Shown here: piece by piece, positions 19,811 through 29,459 of the stretch
Layout of the letters: the number at the start of each line of letters is the position of its first letter
Position numbering within the stretch: the stretch's first letter is position 1
The notes under the pieces: generated by a model
The model's input: only the letters and a program-made list of their open reading frames with translations
What the model was told of the DNA's origin: nothing
The model's database searches: none
Assembly: GCA_045645765.1 (NCBI GenBank)
Contig: JAZRJK010000014.1
Location: forward strand, 10,819 to 74,818
Direction of reading: 5' to 3'
Length of the DNA stretch: 64,000 nucleotides
DNA from: Candidatus Gastranaerophilaceae bacterium
GTDB lineage: Bacteria; Cyanobacteriota; Vampirovibrionia; Gastranaerophilales; Gastranaerophilaceae
Made by a program: the position numbers and the translations under genes

Positions 19811-21898
19811 TTAGTAACCAGCAGATTCACCAATTGTATCTACTGCCTCAACTTTAATATCTGTAATTAATTCAGAATAAGAAATTACAACAATGGTTGG
19901 AATATGACGTTCAAGAAGTTGATATAGAGGCAATCTAATTCTAGGAGAACACAAAATTACTGGCTGCATACCAATAGCTTGATGAGCTCTCATTAGTGTC
20001 ATTGCTGTTGATTCAATTAAATCTTGTACTTGCATTGGATTGAGCAAGAACATCGTTCCTAATTCAGTTCTTTGACAGCTGTCATCAAGAGTTTTTTCCC
20101 ATTCAGGAGAAAGTGTTAGTGCATATAGAACTCTCTCTCTATCTACGTTTGTTAAACAAATTTGGCGTCCTAAAGCTGCACGCAAACGTTCCGAAAGAAT
20201 ATCTGGTTCTTTAGAAAACCTTGCATAGTCACATAGTCTTTCAAATACAAAGATGATATCTTTTATAGAAACTTTCTCTCTGATCAAGTTAACAAAGATT
20301 TTTCTCAAATCTGATGTAGAAATAATTGCTGGAACAAGGTCGTTGACAAGAGTTGGGTCTTGTGAACGTACAAGCTCCATAAGTTTAAGCACATCTGTTT
20401 TTGTCATAACTTCGTCAACATGCTTTCTTACACATTCTTGTAAGTGAGTAACAAGCACATCGGTTGCATCAACAGCTGTAACACTTTTAGCTTCTTTTGC
20501 GTCTTCTTGACTAATCCAATATGCTTGAGTTTGATATGTTGGATCGACCCCAACAATAGCATCTTCTGGTATTGTTTTCTTAACAGAATCCCATTGATCT
20601 GCAATTACCATGTATTTACCTGGATAAACGTAGCCGGATGCAACCACATTATTACGAATAGAGATTACATATTCATTCGCCTCAAGTGCTGATGAGTCCA
20701 TAATACGTATATTTGGTAAAATATAGCCAAGCTCGTCTGTAACTCTTTGACGAAGTGCTGCGATTTTAGCAAGCAATTGACCTTCTTGATCTGGGTCAGC
20801 AATTACCAACAAACCTGCACCTACCTGTAAACTTAATACATCAACACCGAGTCTTTCATACATTTTATTAGGATTAACTAAGTCTTGCATATTTTGTCGA
20901 ACATTTTCCAATTGTCCTAATTGAGACTGAACGTCAGCATTTACTAAAACAGAGAAACCCGCAACCGCAAGAATTATTGTAAAAATCAAGAATGGTAAAA
21001 ATGGTAGACCAGTTATGGGACAAGTTATTGTAATTAATCCTAAGAATAAAGCAGCAAAAAATAGAGAATAAGGCTTTGCCATAATTTGGTTTGTTAAATC
21101 ACCACCTAATGAAGTGTTGCCAGCAGAAGCACGAGTCATGACAATACCTGCAGCAATTGACATCAAAAGAGAAGGTAATTGTGATGCAAGACCATCACCA
21201 ATAGTAAGCACTGTATACTTTTGAACAGCATCAGCGGCAGGCATTTTATCTACTAAACATCCAATCGTCAAGCCTCCAATAATGTTAATAAGCACAATGA
21301 TGATACCGGCCATAGTATCACCTTTTACGAACTTCATAGAACCGTCCATAGAACCGAATAAACTTGATTCTCTTTGGAGGTCTTCACGTTTTTTAACAGC
21401 TTCTTCTGGAGAAATTAATCCAGCGTTAAAGTCTGCGTCAATTGTCATCTGTTTACCAGGCATCGCATCCAAGGCAAAACGAGCTGCAACTTCGGCAATA
21501 CGCTCAGCACCTTTAGTAATTACCATGAATTGTACAACTGTAATAATCAAAAAGATTACACCACCTACAATCATGTTTCCACCAGTAACAAAAGTACCAA
21601 ATGCGTGTACAACCTCACCAGCATCACCTTTTGCAAGGATCAGACGAGTCGATGCAATTGAAAGTACAAGTCGAAACATTGTACCAATAAGAATAATGGA
21701 AGGAAATGCTGCTAACTCTAAGGGCTTTTGAACATATAGAGAAATCATTAGTAAAACAATTCCTAAAGTAATGTTTAAGCTTATTGAAAAGTTAATAACC
21801 CAATTCGGCATTTCCATAATCAGAATTAACACTAACGTCATTACGAAAAGTGCTAAGAATATTTCCGATATGGGTTTGTTTTGATCTTCTGCCGCCAT
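19811..21898 (-). CDS. flhA: type III export gate FlhA (SctV family)
   Basis: FMVITKGAERIAEVAARFALDAMPGKQMTIDAD, FGSMDGSMKFVKGD, IFVNLIREKVSI. Confidence 0.95.
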   Translation of the reverse strand: MAAEDQNKPISEIFLALFVMTLVLILIMEMPNWVINFSISLNITLGIVLLMISLYVQKPLELAAFPSIILIGTMFRLVLSIASTRLILAKGDAGEVVHAFGTFVTGGNMIVGGVIFLIITVVQFMVITKGAERIAEVAARFALDAMPGKQMTIDADFNAGLISPEEAVKKREDLQRESSLFGSMDGSMKFVKGDTMAGIIIVLINIIGGLTIGCLVDKMPAADAVQKYTVLTIGDGLASQLPSLLMSIAAGIVMTRASAGNTSLGGDLTNQIMAKPYSLFFAALFLGLITITCPITGLPFLPFLIFTIILAVAGFSVLVNADVQSQLGQLENVRQNMQDLVNPNKMYERLGVDVLSLQVGAGLLVIADPDQEGQLLAKIAALRQRVTDELGYILPNIRIMDSSALEANEYVISIRNNVVASGYVYPGKYMVIADQWDSVKKTIPEDAIVGVDPTYQTQAYWISQEDAKEAKSVTAVDATDVLVTHLQECVRKHVDEVMTKTDVLKLMELVRSQDPTLVNDLVPAIISTSDLRKIFVNLIREKVSIKDIIFVFERLCDYARFSKEPDILSERLRAALGRQICLTNVDRERVLYALTLSPEWEKTLDDSCQRTELGTMFLLNPMQVQDLIESTAMTLMRAHQAIGMQPVILCSPRIRLPLYQLLERHIPTIVVISYSELITDIKVEAVDTIGESAGY

Positions 21899-21916
21899 TA
21901 TTATCTTTCTTTAAAA

Positions 21917-22684
21917 TTAATTTACTTCTAATGCTTTTTTAATAATTTCTATTTGAGTGTCAATTGAGGCATCTACAATGCCATTATTGGTTTGCAAAAC
22001 ACATCCACCTTCTTCTATTGAAGGGTCTGCTAAAATATTTATTTTTGAATCTATACCATACTGATATGTAATATTAGGTATAGTGTCCTTAATTAGCTGA
22101 ATCGATTGTGGGCGAACCTTGATTGTGATTTTAGGTTCGTTTTTAGAAACTGTTTTTAGAACATCTACAATTGTATTAATTAGAACTTGAGGATCAGATT
22201 CGAGTTCTTTTTTTATAATTGTTTTAGCAATGTTAACGCTGATTTCTAATATATCAGGAGCTATGTATTCAAAAACGTCTTTTTTAGCATTCATAAAATT
22301 TACGAGTTCTTTATTAAAGTTTTCAATATCAGCTTGAGCTTTTTCTAGCCCCAATCTATAACCTTCTTCAAAAGCTGATTTTTTAATATTTTCAGATTCT
22401 TCTTGTGCACGTGAAACGAGATTTCTATCATCAATTCTTCTATAGCCCCTACGACGAGACCCTCTCCTACGTTCTTGTCTTTGAGTGAAATCAATATTTT
22501 CTATATCAAATAAATCGATTTCTGGTTCTTGAGGCTTTTGTTCTTCTACAGCAAGTTGAGCTTCTACAACCTTTTCAGTAGACAAATTTTCAACAACAAT
22601 ACTTGAAGCTTCTTCTTTAAGAGCTACTTGTTGTTCAATTTTCTTTTCCTCTCCCGTATTTCGATTACGCTTTTTTATAATCAT
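21917..22684 (-). CDS. fliH: FliH/SctL family ATPase stalk protein
   Basis: AFEEGYRLGLEKA repeat; C-terminal ADPSIEEGGCVLQTNNGIVDASIDTQIE. Confidence 0.82.
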   Translation of the reverse strand: MIIKKRNRNTGEEKKIEQQVALKEEASSIVVENLSTEKVVEAQLAVEEQKPQEPEIDLFDIENIDFTQRQERRRGSRRRGYRRIDDRNLVSRAQEESENIKKSAFEEGYRLGLEKAQADIENFNKELVNFMNAKKDVFEYIAPDILEISVNIAKTIIKKELESDPQVLINTIVDVLKTVSKNEPKITIKVRPQSIQLIKDTIPNITYQYGIDSKINILADPSIEEGGCVLQTNNGIVDASIDTQIEIIKKALEVN

Positions 22685-22692
22685 AATTTTTA

Positions 22693-23775
22693 TTATATAC
22701 TATCTTCAATATATTCTGCAACTATTCCAGCAACTTTTAACGGTAATTCACCATATTCACCATCAAAAGCGCGACTCACAAATCTTTTTACAAGAGGACG
22801 TTCTCGTTTTAAAACCTTTTCTATCTTTTCTCTTGAATGTTCTGAATATAATCTTTTTAAGTCTGCGAGAACATTTTCCTTTGTTAATTTTCTTTTAACT
22901 GGTAGAAAATCTTTCATTCCCTTTAAACAATCAACAACCAAATCACTATCTAAATGAGATTCTAAATCAACCATATTCATGTAATTTGAAATACTTATAG
23001 AATCATCCGAATCAAACTTGTTAAGTATTGTTGTAACCTTATCTTGAGATAACACTTTTAAAACTAAAGCTAGTGACATAAGCTTCATTTGTTTATGAGT
23101 AATACCCTGTGGAATTAAAGATTGAACCTGTGCATTTTTTTCTGCTTTAGCTTTTGCTCTGCGTTCTTCTTTTCGCTTACGCGCTTCTGCCGCATTTTGT
23201 TCAGCTTGAGCCACAATATCTTCTTGACGCTGGGCCTGTTGCTGTGCTTGTTGTTCCAGCTCTGCTTGTTGTGCAGCTTGAGCTTGTTGAGCCATAGCGT
23301 CTATATTCGACTGACTTTCAGCCTTATTTTTAGTTTCTTCGTCAATGACACCTTTTTCTTGTAATTCTTCAATGCTTTGTTTATAGACTTTCACAACATG
23401 GTGTTCTACAGCTTGTAATAACTGATCCTGTGGTATATTACGAATTACAGCTTGTTTTGCTACTTCAAAAATCGTAAATGCAATTTTTTGCATAATACTA
23501 TCCCAATATTGAGGAAGTATTCCTGAATTAATAAGGTCAATAGATTTATGATAAGACCATTCTGCAATAATTTGAGTTATAAAGACAGCTTGATCCGCAT
23601 TGATATTTAAGGAAGTATCATTATAAAGTGCTTCTCCAGCAAGCATAGTGAAGTTGCCGAGAGTTTTAACAATATATTCCTTTTGAAAATCTTGCAAATC
23701 CGGCGGAACTAAATCTTTAGCCTGTTCCGACATTGATGCTGCAAAACCTTTATAATCAAACCCTTCTATTGCCAT
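22693..23775 (-). CDS. divergent FliG-like / SctK-position protein
   Basis: Lies between fliF and fliH; segment SLALVLKVLSQDKVTTILNKF resembles a FliG ARM repeat; the rest is not recognisable. Confidence 0.5.
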   Translation of the reverse strand: MAIEGFDYKGFAASMSEQAKDLVPPDLQDFQKEYIVKTLGNFTMLAGEALYNDTSLNINADQAVFITQIIAEWSYHKSIDLINSGILPQYWDSIMQKIAFTIFEVAKQAVIRNIPQDQLLQAVEHHVVKVYKQSIEELQEKGVIDEETKNKAESQSNIDAMAQQAQAAQQAELEQQAQQQAQRQEDIVAQAEQNAAEARKRKEERRAKAKAEKNAQVQSLIPQGITHKQMKLMSLALVLKVLSQDKVTTILNKFDSDDSISISNYMNMVDLESHLDSDLVVDCLKGMKDFLPVKRKLTKENVLADLKRLYSEHSREKIEKVLKRERPLVKRFVSRAFDGEYGELPLKVAGIVAEYIEDSI

Positions 23776-23838
23776 TTTATTTTCTATTCCTATTTTATAT
23801 ATTTATTTTTGACCTTCGGTTCCTTATTATATTTACCC

Positions 23839-25503
23839 CTAGCCTTCAATCCAGCTACGAATTCTTTCTCCTGCCTCAGAGTCATCTACGCCATCAAATT
23901 CTCTTTTCAATTCTTTTAACGCTTCTCTGATTTCAGCACCGGAAGTTCTAATTGCCGGACGATTTTGTTGTTCAATCAGACCTTGATGCAACTCAGATTG
24001 TTTTGCAATTAAATCTGCTGCATTAGCGCTCAAATCTCTTATCTGTTGTTCTTGTGCTTCGTTTTGTTGTCTTAATCTTATTAATTCTTCCTCTTGCGCA
24101 GCCTTTGCGGAATTAATTTTTTGGGTAAGAGCTTTATGTCCAAAGAACAATCCAAATGCAAGAAGTGCAATTGCTAACCACCAAGGGTTTCCGTGCTCTG
24201 CCTTAATTGGAGCCTTAACATTCTTATCACCAGCCATGAATGGATCTAATGTTTCTGCAAATGCAATTGTGACATTATTTGGATCAGCTTTTGGGCTTGC
24301 TGCATGAGCAACAAGTTCTTTTAGTTCTTCCAAAGTTAATTCCATAGGTAACGCATCTTTTTCCAAAGTCACAGCAATAGAAATTTCTTCAAGCACACCA
24401 GGTGACATATATTCATTTGTCTGAACTTTAGTTACACCAAACTGAGTTTCGCGCGCAGTTCTTGAATAACTTCTGTTTTGACTTGAGTCAGAACTACCAG
24501 CAGGAAGACCATTAGGAAGATATACACTAACAGCATTTGTATTTTTATTAACATCTTGAGTTTGATCCCCCAAACCTTCTGAAAAAGTTTGTTCATTAAC
24601 CGCTGTTTTTCTATTTGGATCATACTCAATAGTAAATCTTTCCACAGGAGCTTGTTTAAGGAAAGTCGAAACTGTTGCAACATATTTCCCTGCTCCAATA
24701 AGACGATTCAACTGAGTTTGAACTTTTTCTTGCATGTATTTATCTTGTTGTTGAATTCTTTCAATCATTTCGGATTGTGCATCTACAAGACTATTATATA
24801 CATGTCCATTTGTATCTGTAATCGAAATATTTTCAGATTTTAAACCCGATACACTACCTAATAATAAATTAGAAACAGCTTTAATTGTTCCCATATTTAA
24901 AGTTTGGCCAACAGCTACAGTTAATTGAACTGTTGCTGTAACAGGCTTTTGCATTGAAGAAAACATTGTTTGTTCTGGAATAGAAATAAATACTGAAGCG
25001 TTTTCTATACCATCAATTCTTTTTATTAAACGAGCTAACTCGCCATTCATAGCACGAACCAAACGGATTCTTTTGTCTTCTTTAGTTGATGTAAAGTCAC
25101 CTTTATCAAAAACTTCTAAACCAACATTTTGGTCATATAAACCACTTTCAACAATTAGCATAACTGCCATATCACGTTTTTCTGTAGTACATTTTCCTGC
25201 ACCTGTTGTACAGTTTTTTGCTTTTAGTCTTAATACAGATTTTGTACCATCAGCAGCTCTTGCTACAACAATCCCGTGCTTTGCAAGCATTGCTTGAATT
25301 TCTAAAGCTTTACCTAAATTATCTGTTGTCAGTAAATCTACATCTTCTTTTAAAGGTTCATTGGATACTTCAACTGCAACATTATCATTTTTAGAACCTG
25401 ACGCAACAATGCTGCAAGTTATAGCAATAGCAAGTATAAGTACTACAGCACCTGCAATTGCTGCTAAAAACATTTTATTTTGAGTTAAAGCTTTTAAATC
25501 CAT
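23839..25503 (-). CDS. fliF: MS-ring protein FliF
   Basis: N-terminal TM; GLEVFDKGDFTST, RAMNGELARLI, ASVFISIPE, VSGLKSENISITDTNG; C-terminal TM. Confidence 0.87.
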   Translation of the reverse strand: MDLKALTQNKMFLAAIAGAVVLILAIAITCSIVASGSKNDNVAVEVSNEPLKEDVDLLTTDNLGKALEIQAMLAKHGIVVARAADGTKSVLRLKAKNCTTGAGKCTTEKRDMAVMLIVESGLYDQNVGLEVFDKGDFTSTKEDKRIRLVRAMNGELARLIKRIDGIENASVFISIPEQTMFSSMQKPVTATVQLTVAVGQTLNMGTIKAVSNLLLGSVSGLKSENISITDTNGHVYNSLVDAQSEMIERIQQQDKYMQEKVQTQLNRLIGAGKYVATVSTFLKQAPVERFTIEYDPNRKTAVNEQTFSEGLGDQTQDVNKNTNAVSVYLPNGLPAGSSDSSQNRSYSRTARETQFGVTKVQTNEYMSPGVLEEISIAVTLEKDALPMELTLEELKELVAHAASPKADPNNVTIAFAETLDPFMAGDKNVKAPIKAEHGNPWWLAIALLAFGLFFGHKALTQKINSAKAAQEEELIRLRQQNEAQEQQIRDLSANAADLIAKQSELHQGLIEQQNRPAIRTSGAEIREALKELKREFDGVDDSEAGERIRSWIEG

Positions 25504-25551
25504 TGTTCCTTCCCTACATTATTATACACATATAAATCAAATATGAGAAGT

Positions 25552-25893
25552 CTAAATTTGTAATTGCATGATTTTATCATACGCTTGGATGACTTTTCCT
25601 GTAACAGTTGTCGCAACACTAACAGCAATCTCTGCTTTAGACATCGCTGTCATAACATCGTGAATATCGACATTTTCATTACCCATCATTACATCTTTTA
25701 ACAAATTATCTGGAGCTTCCATTGTAGTATTAAGGTTTTCCACTAATCCTGACATAACAGAAGAAAAATCTGCAGAACCAACTTCTTCAACACGGTTCAT
25801 TCTTGCAGAAGGAATATTATACCCCCAAGAATCAAGTTTAGTGTGTTGAATTCTTGCCTCTAAGTCATATCTTGGAATAAAACCTTTAAACAT
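25552..25893 (-). CDS. fliE: hook-basal body protein FliE
   Basis: VDIHDVMTAMSKAEIA...KVIQAYDKIMQLQI. Confidence 0.88.
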   Translation of the reverse strand: MFKGFIPRYDLEARIQHTKLDSWGYNIPSARMNRVEEVGSADFSSVMSGLVENLNTTMEAPDNLLKDVMMGNENVDIHDVMTAMSKAEIAVSVATTVTGKVIQAYDKIMQLQI

Positions 25894-25917
25894 TTTTCAC
25901 CTCTTATTTTTATATTT

Positions 25918-25944
25918 TTATCGGATGATTTTGTATAAATTTTA
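25918..25944 (-). promoter_or_regulatory. sigma28 (FliA/SigD)-type promoter for the fliE operon
   Basis: Minus strand reads TAAA-N15-TCCGATAA, about 25 nt upstream of the fliE start. Confidence 0.65.
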
Positions 25945-26222
25945 GCTTTTAGTCTCAAAAATCATCTATTTGTACTAACGTTTTTAATAAATTTTAAAGA
26001 GAAGTCAAAATTTGACGTAGTATTTATTAAAAAAGGATCGGATTATGAATTTACACGAAGAATGCTTATTAAAATATCTTTTAAATCCAAAAGATTTATT
26101 CAAATCTACAGAGCTTTTAAAATACAATAATTTACTTATTAAAGAAGGAAATTTTTGTATTAATAGTCAAAATGTTAAATATAGTGCTACAATAATATAA
26201 AATTGTTAATTGGAGAGGAATA

Positions 26223-28061
26223 GTGAAAAAAAATATTAACAAAAAGTTATTTACATTTGCTACATACATATTACTTGTTTTAGCAATAATGCTTATCGGC
26301 TATACATTATTACATAATAATAAAACTTTGAATAATGTTATAACTTCATTCTTTGAAGTAGCAGAAAATAGAGCTTTTGATTATAGACAGTCTTTAAAAA
26401 TTATACATAAACCTCCTATGCCCAATAGTGATATTGTAGTGCTTACAATTGATGATGCTAGCTTAGAAGGGCTTTGGGAAAAATATGGAGAATGGCCTAT
26501 TCCTAGAGTTGTTTACGCTGATTTAATCGAACATATTGAAAAAGATAAACCACAAGCTATTATCTTTGATTTACTGTTTATAAAGTCTATGAAAAACGAA
26601 ACTGAATCAGATAAAGCTCTTATAACATCAATGAATCGCTATAGTAACATTTATACAGGCATGAACTTTGATGTTCAGCCTTCAGATTTGAGAACCCCTA
26701 TTGATTTACCTGAAAGGTTGGCTATAAATCTTGAAAACGAGTCTAAAATAAATATTAAAGACAAATATAGCTACACTAATTGTCGCGCAATTTTGGAAGG
26801 CTTAATTAATGGTAAAGTGAATATCGCAGCTACTAATGTAATTAGAAGCAATGATGGAATTATAAGAAGCGTAGCTCCATTAATGGAATATAAAGGGAAT
26901 TACTATCCGTATTTATCATTCAAAGCTGCTATAGACAATGTAGTAGGCAAAAATGTTAATAAAATGAAAATAAACGATAAAGGAAATCTATTAGTTAATG
27001 ATAGAAAAATACCTTTAACAAAAAATGGTGAAGCAATATTGAATTGGTATGGATTAAGCGGTACACATGAATTATATCCTTTTTATAAGGTTGTAAATGA
27101 AGTTTATAATGGCAGCGCAGAAAGATATAACTTTAAAGATAAGATAGTCATTATTGGTACCTCAGCAATGTCTTTACATGATACAAAAAGCGTACCAATT
27201 CAAGAAGAAGTCTATCCTGGTGTAGAAGTACATGCTACATTTATAAATAATGTTCTTGATGACAATTTTATTAAGCAAGTTGGTGACACTATTGATATAC
27301 TAATTGTTATATTGGTTATTATTGCAATTGGTACTATTGTAATGCTTTCAACATCTACAGTATTTGCACTTCTATCATCTATTTTGTTTACAATAGCATA
27401 TTTGTTTATATCATATTACGCAATGGCTTTATATAATTTATGGATTCCACTTGTGGTCCCTGTATTTTCAATAATGCTAGCATTTGCATTATCTTATTTG
27501 GTTAAATATTTGATAAAATCAAAAGATTTTGAACAACAATATAAATTGGCTACATTAGACGGCTTAACAGAATTATATAATCACAGATATTTTCAAGAAG
27601 TGCTTAGAAACCAAGTAGAAATTGCAAAACGTTATAATCAAGTATTTTCTTTAATTATGATTGATATAGATTATTTCAAAAAATTTAATGACACATACGG
27701 ACACCAAGCTGGTGATGCAGTATTAAAGCAAGTCGCGAAAATATTAAAAAATAATTCTAGAACAACCGATTATGTTTGCAGATATGGAGGAGAAGAACTT
27801 TGCATAATCCTCCCAAACACTTCTGCGGAAGAAGCATTATATAATGCTAAACGTATTAATAAAACCATCGCAGAAACAGAATTTGAATTAAACAATTCTA
27901 ACAAAGGAAGTGTTACCATAAGTGTCGGAGTCGCTACTTTCCCAGAGAATGCAGAATCTGCAGAAGAATTAATAGAACATGCCGATAGAAGCTTATATTA
28001 TGCTAAAGAGCATGGACGTAACCAGGTTATAAGCTTAGCAAAAATAGTGAGAAAAGATTAG
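26223..28061 (+). CDS. CHASE2-GGDEF diguanylate cyclase
   Basis: CHASE2 motifs (WPIPRVVYA, IIFDLLF, DGIIR, PGVEVHA); three TM helices; DIDYFKKFNDTYGH; I-site RTTD; GGEEL. Confidence 0.92.
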   Translation: MKKNINKKLFTFATYILLVLAIMLIGYTLLHNNKTLNNVITSFFEVAENRAFDYRQSLKIIHKPPMPNSDIVVLTIDDASLEGLWEKYGEWPIPRVVYADLIEHIEKDKPQAIIFDLLFIKSMKNETESDKALITSMNRYSNIYTGMNFDVQPSDLRTPIDLPERLAINLENESKINIKDKYSYTNCRAILEGLINGKVNIAATNVIRSNDGIIRSVAPLMEYKGNYYPYLSFKAAIDNVVGKNVNKMKINDKGNLLVNDRKIPLTKNGEAILNWYGLSGTHELYPFYKVVNEVYNGSAERYNFKDKIVIIGTSAMSLHDTKSVPIQEEVYPGVEVHATFINNVLDDNFIKQVGDTIDILIVILVIIAIGTIVMLSTSTVFALLSSILFTIAYLFISYYAMALYNLWIPLVVPVFSIMLAFALSYLVKYLIKSKDFEQQYKLATLDGLTELYNHRYFQEVLRNQVEIAKRYNQVFSLIMIDIDYFKKFNDTYGHQAGDAVLKQVAKILKNNSRTTDYVCRYGGEELCIILPNTSAEEALYNAKRINKTIAETEFELNNSNKGSVTISVGVATFPENAESAEELIEHADRSLYYAKEHGRNQVISLAKIVRKD

Positions 28062-29374
28062 TGAATAAAGTTACAATAATTGGAGCTGGTCTAGCAGGTT
28101 CAGAAGCTGCACTACAGTTATCAAAACGTGGTATTAAAGTTAAATTATATGAAATGCGCCCAAATAAAACTACAGGAGCTCATGTTGGAGCTGATTGTGC
28201 AGAATTTGTTTGTTCTAATAGCTTAGGCTCATCTGATATTACAAATGCAAGCGGACTTTTAAAGAAAGAAATGGAACTTTTAGGTGGCGAATTAATAAAA
28301 ATTGCGATTAAAAACTCTGTACCTGCTGGTAATGCGCTCGCTATTGCAAGAGAAGACTTCTCAAGAGCTGTTACTAAAAGAATAGAAGAAGATCTTAATA
28401 TTGAATTAATTAGAGAAGAAATTAGTAATATCCCTGAAGGTAATGTAATAGTAGCTTCTGGGCCTCTTACAAGTGATTGCTTAGCAGAAAGTATTAAAAA
28501 TTTTACTAAAAGTGAACATTTACATTTCTTTGATGCAATAGCGCCAATTGTAGAAGTAGATTCTATTAATTTTGATAAAGCGTTTTGGGCTTCAAGATAT
28601 AATAAAGGCGAAGCTTCTTATATAAATTGTCCAATGAATAAGGAAGAATATGAGCGTTTTTATAATATTTTGATTAACGCTCCAAGAATTGAACAACACG
28701 AAATAGATAAAAAGTCGAAGTTCTTTGAATCTTGTCTTCCTGTAGAAGTTCTTGCTTCTCGAGGTGTTGATACATTAAGATTTGGCCCGATGAAGCCTGT
28801 TGGACTTATAGATAAAAGAACTGGCATAGAAAACTATGCTGTTGTTCAATTAAGACAAGATAATTCTGCAAAAACTCTATTCAATCTCGTAGGTTTTCAA
28901 ACAAACCTAAAATGGGGGGCTCAAAAAGAACTTCTTCAATCTATCCCAGGGCTTGAAAATGTAAATATTGTCAGATATGGAGTTATGCATAGAAATACGT
29001 TTATTAACAGCCCTCAAGTCATAAATCCAACAATGGAAGCTAGAGAACGTGAAGGCCTATTCTTTGCAGGACAATTAACAGGAACAGAAGGATATACAGA
29101 ATCCATTGCAACAGGAATGTTAGCTGGTATAAACATGGCTAAACGTATTTTAGGTGAAGAACTTGTTGTTTTGCCTCAAGAAACAATTTTAGGAGCTTTA
29201 ACAAGATACATTTCTGACAATAATCATACACACTTTCAACCAATTAACTCAAATTGGGCATTAGTTCCACCTATTGAAATACCTAAAAAAGAAAGAAAAA
29301 ACAAAAAGCTTAAAAACGAGCTTCTAGCAAAACGTTCAGTAGAAATATTAACTAGTTTTATTAAGAATTGTTAA
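28061..29374 (+). CDS. trmFO: tRNA m5U54 methyltransferase TrmFO
   Basis: IIGAGLAGSEAA, FVCSNSLG, FFDAIAPI, RYGVMHRNTFI, AGQLTGTEGY. Confidence 0.95.
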   Translation: MNKVTIIGAGLAGSEAALQLSKRGIKVKLYEMRPNKTTGAHVGADCAEFVCSNSLGSSDITNASGLLKKEMELLGGELIKIAIKNSVPAGNALAIAREDFSRAVTKRIEEDLNIELIREEISNIPEGNVIVASGPLTSDCLAESIKNFTKSEHLHFFDAIAPIVEVDSINFDKAFWASRYNKGEASYINCPMNKEEYERFYNILINAPRIEQHEIDKKSKFFESCLPVEVLASRGVDTLRFGPMKPVGLIDKRTGIENYAVVQLRQDNSAKTLFNLVGFQTNLKWGAQKELLQSIPGLENVNIVRYGVMHRNTFINSPQVINPTMEAREREGLFFAGQLTGTEGYTESIATGMLAGINMAKRILGEELVVLPQETILGALTRYISDNNHTHFQPINSNWALVPPIEIPKKERKNKKLKNELLAKRSVEILTSFIKNC

Positions 29375-29381
29375 GCTAGCT

Positions 29382-29422
29382 TTAACAAAAAAAGCAATTT
29401 CCCTTTAAAGAAATACTTTATA
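29382..29422 (+). promoter_or_regulatory. copy of the shared bipartite upstream motif
   Basis: TTAAC..AGCAA-N16-TACTTTATA, same spacing as the cassette leaders at 58-62.8 kb. Confidence 0.55.
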
Positions 29423-29459
29423 AAAGTAAGAGGATTATTATTTAAAGGAGAATATTATT

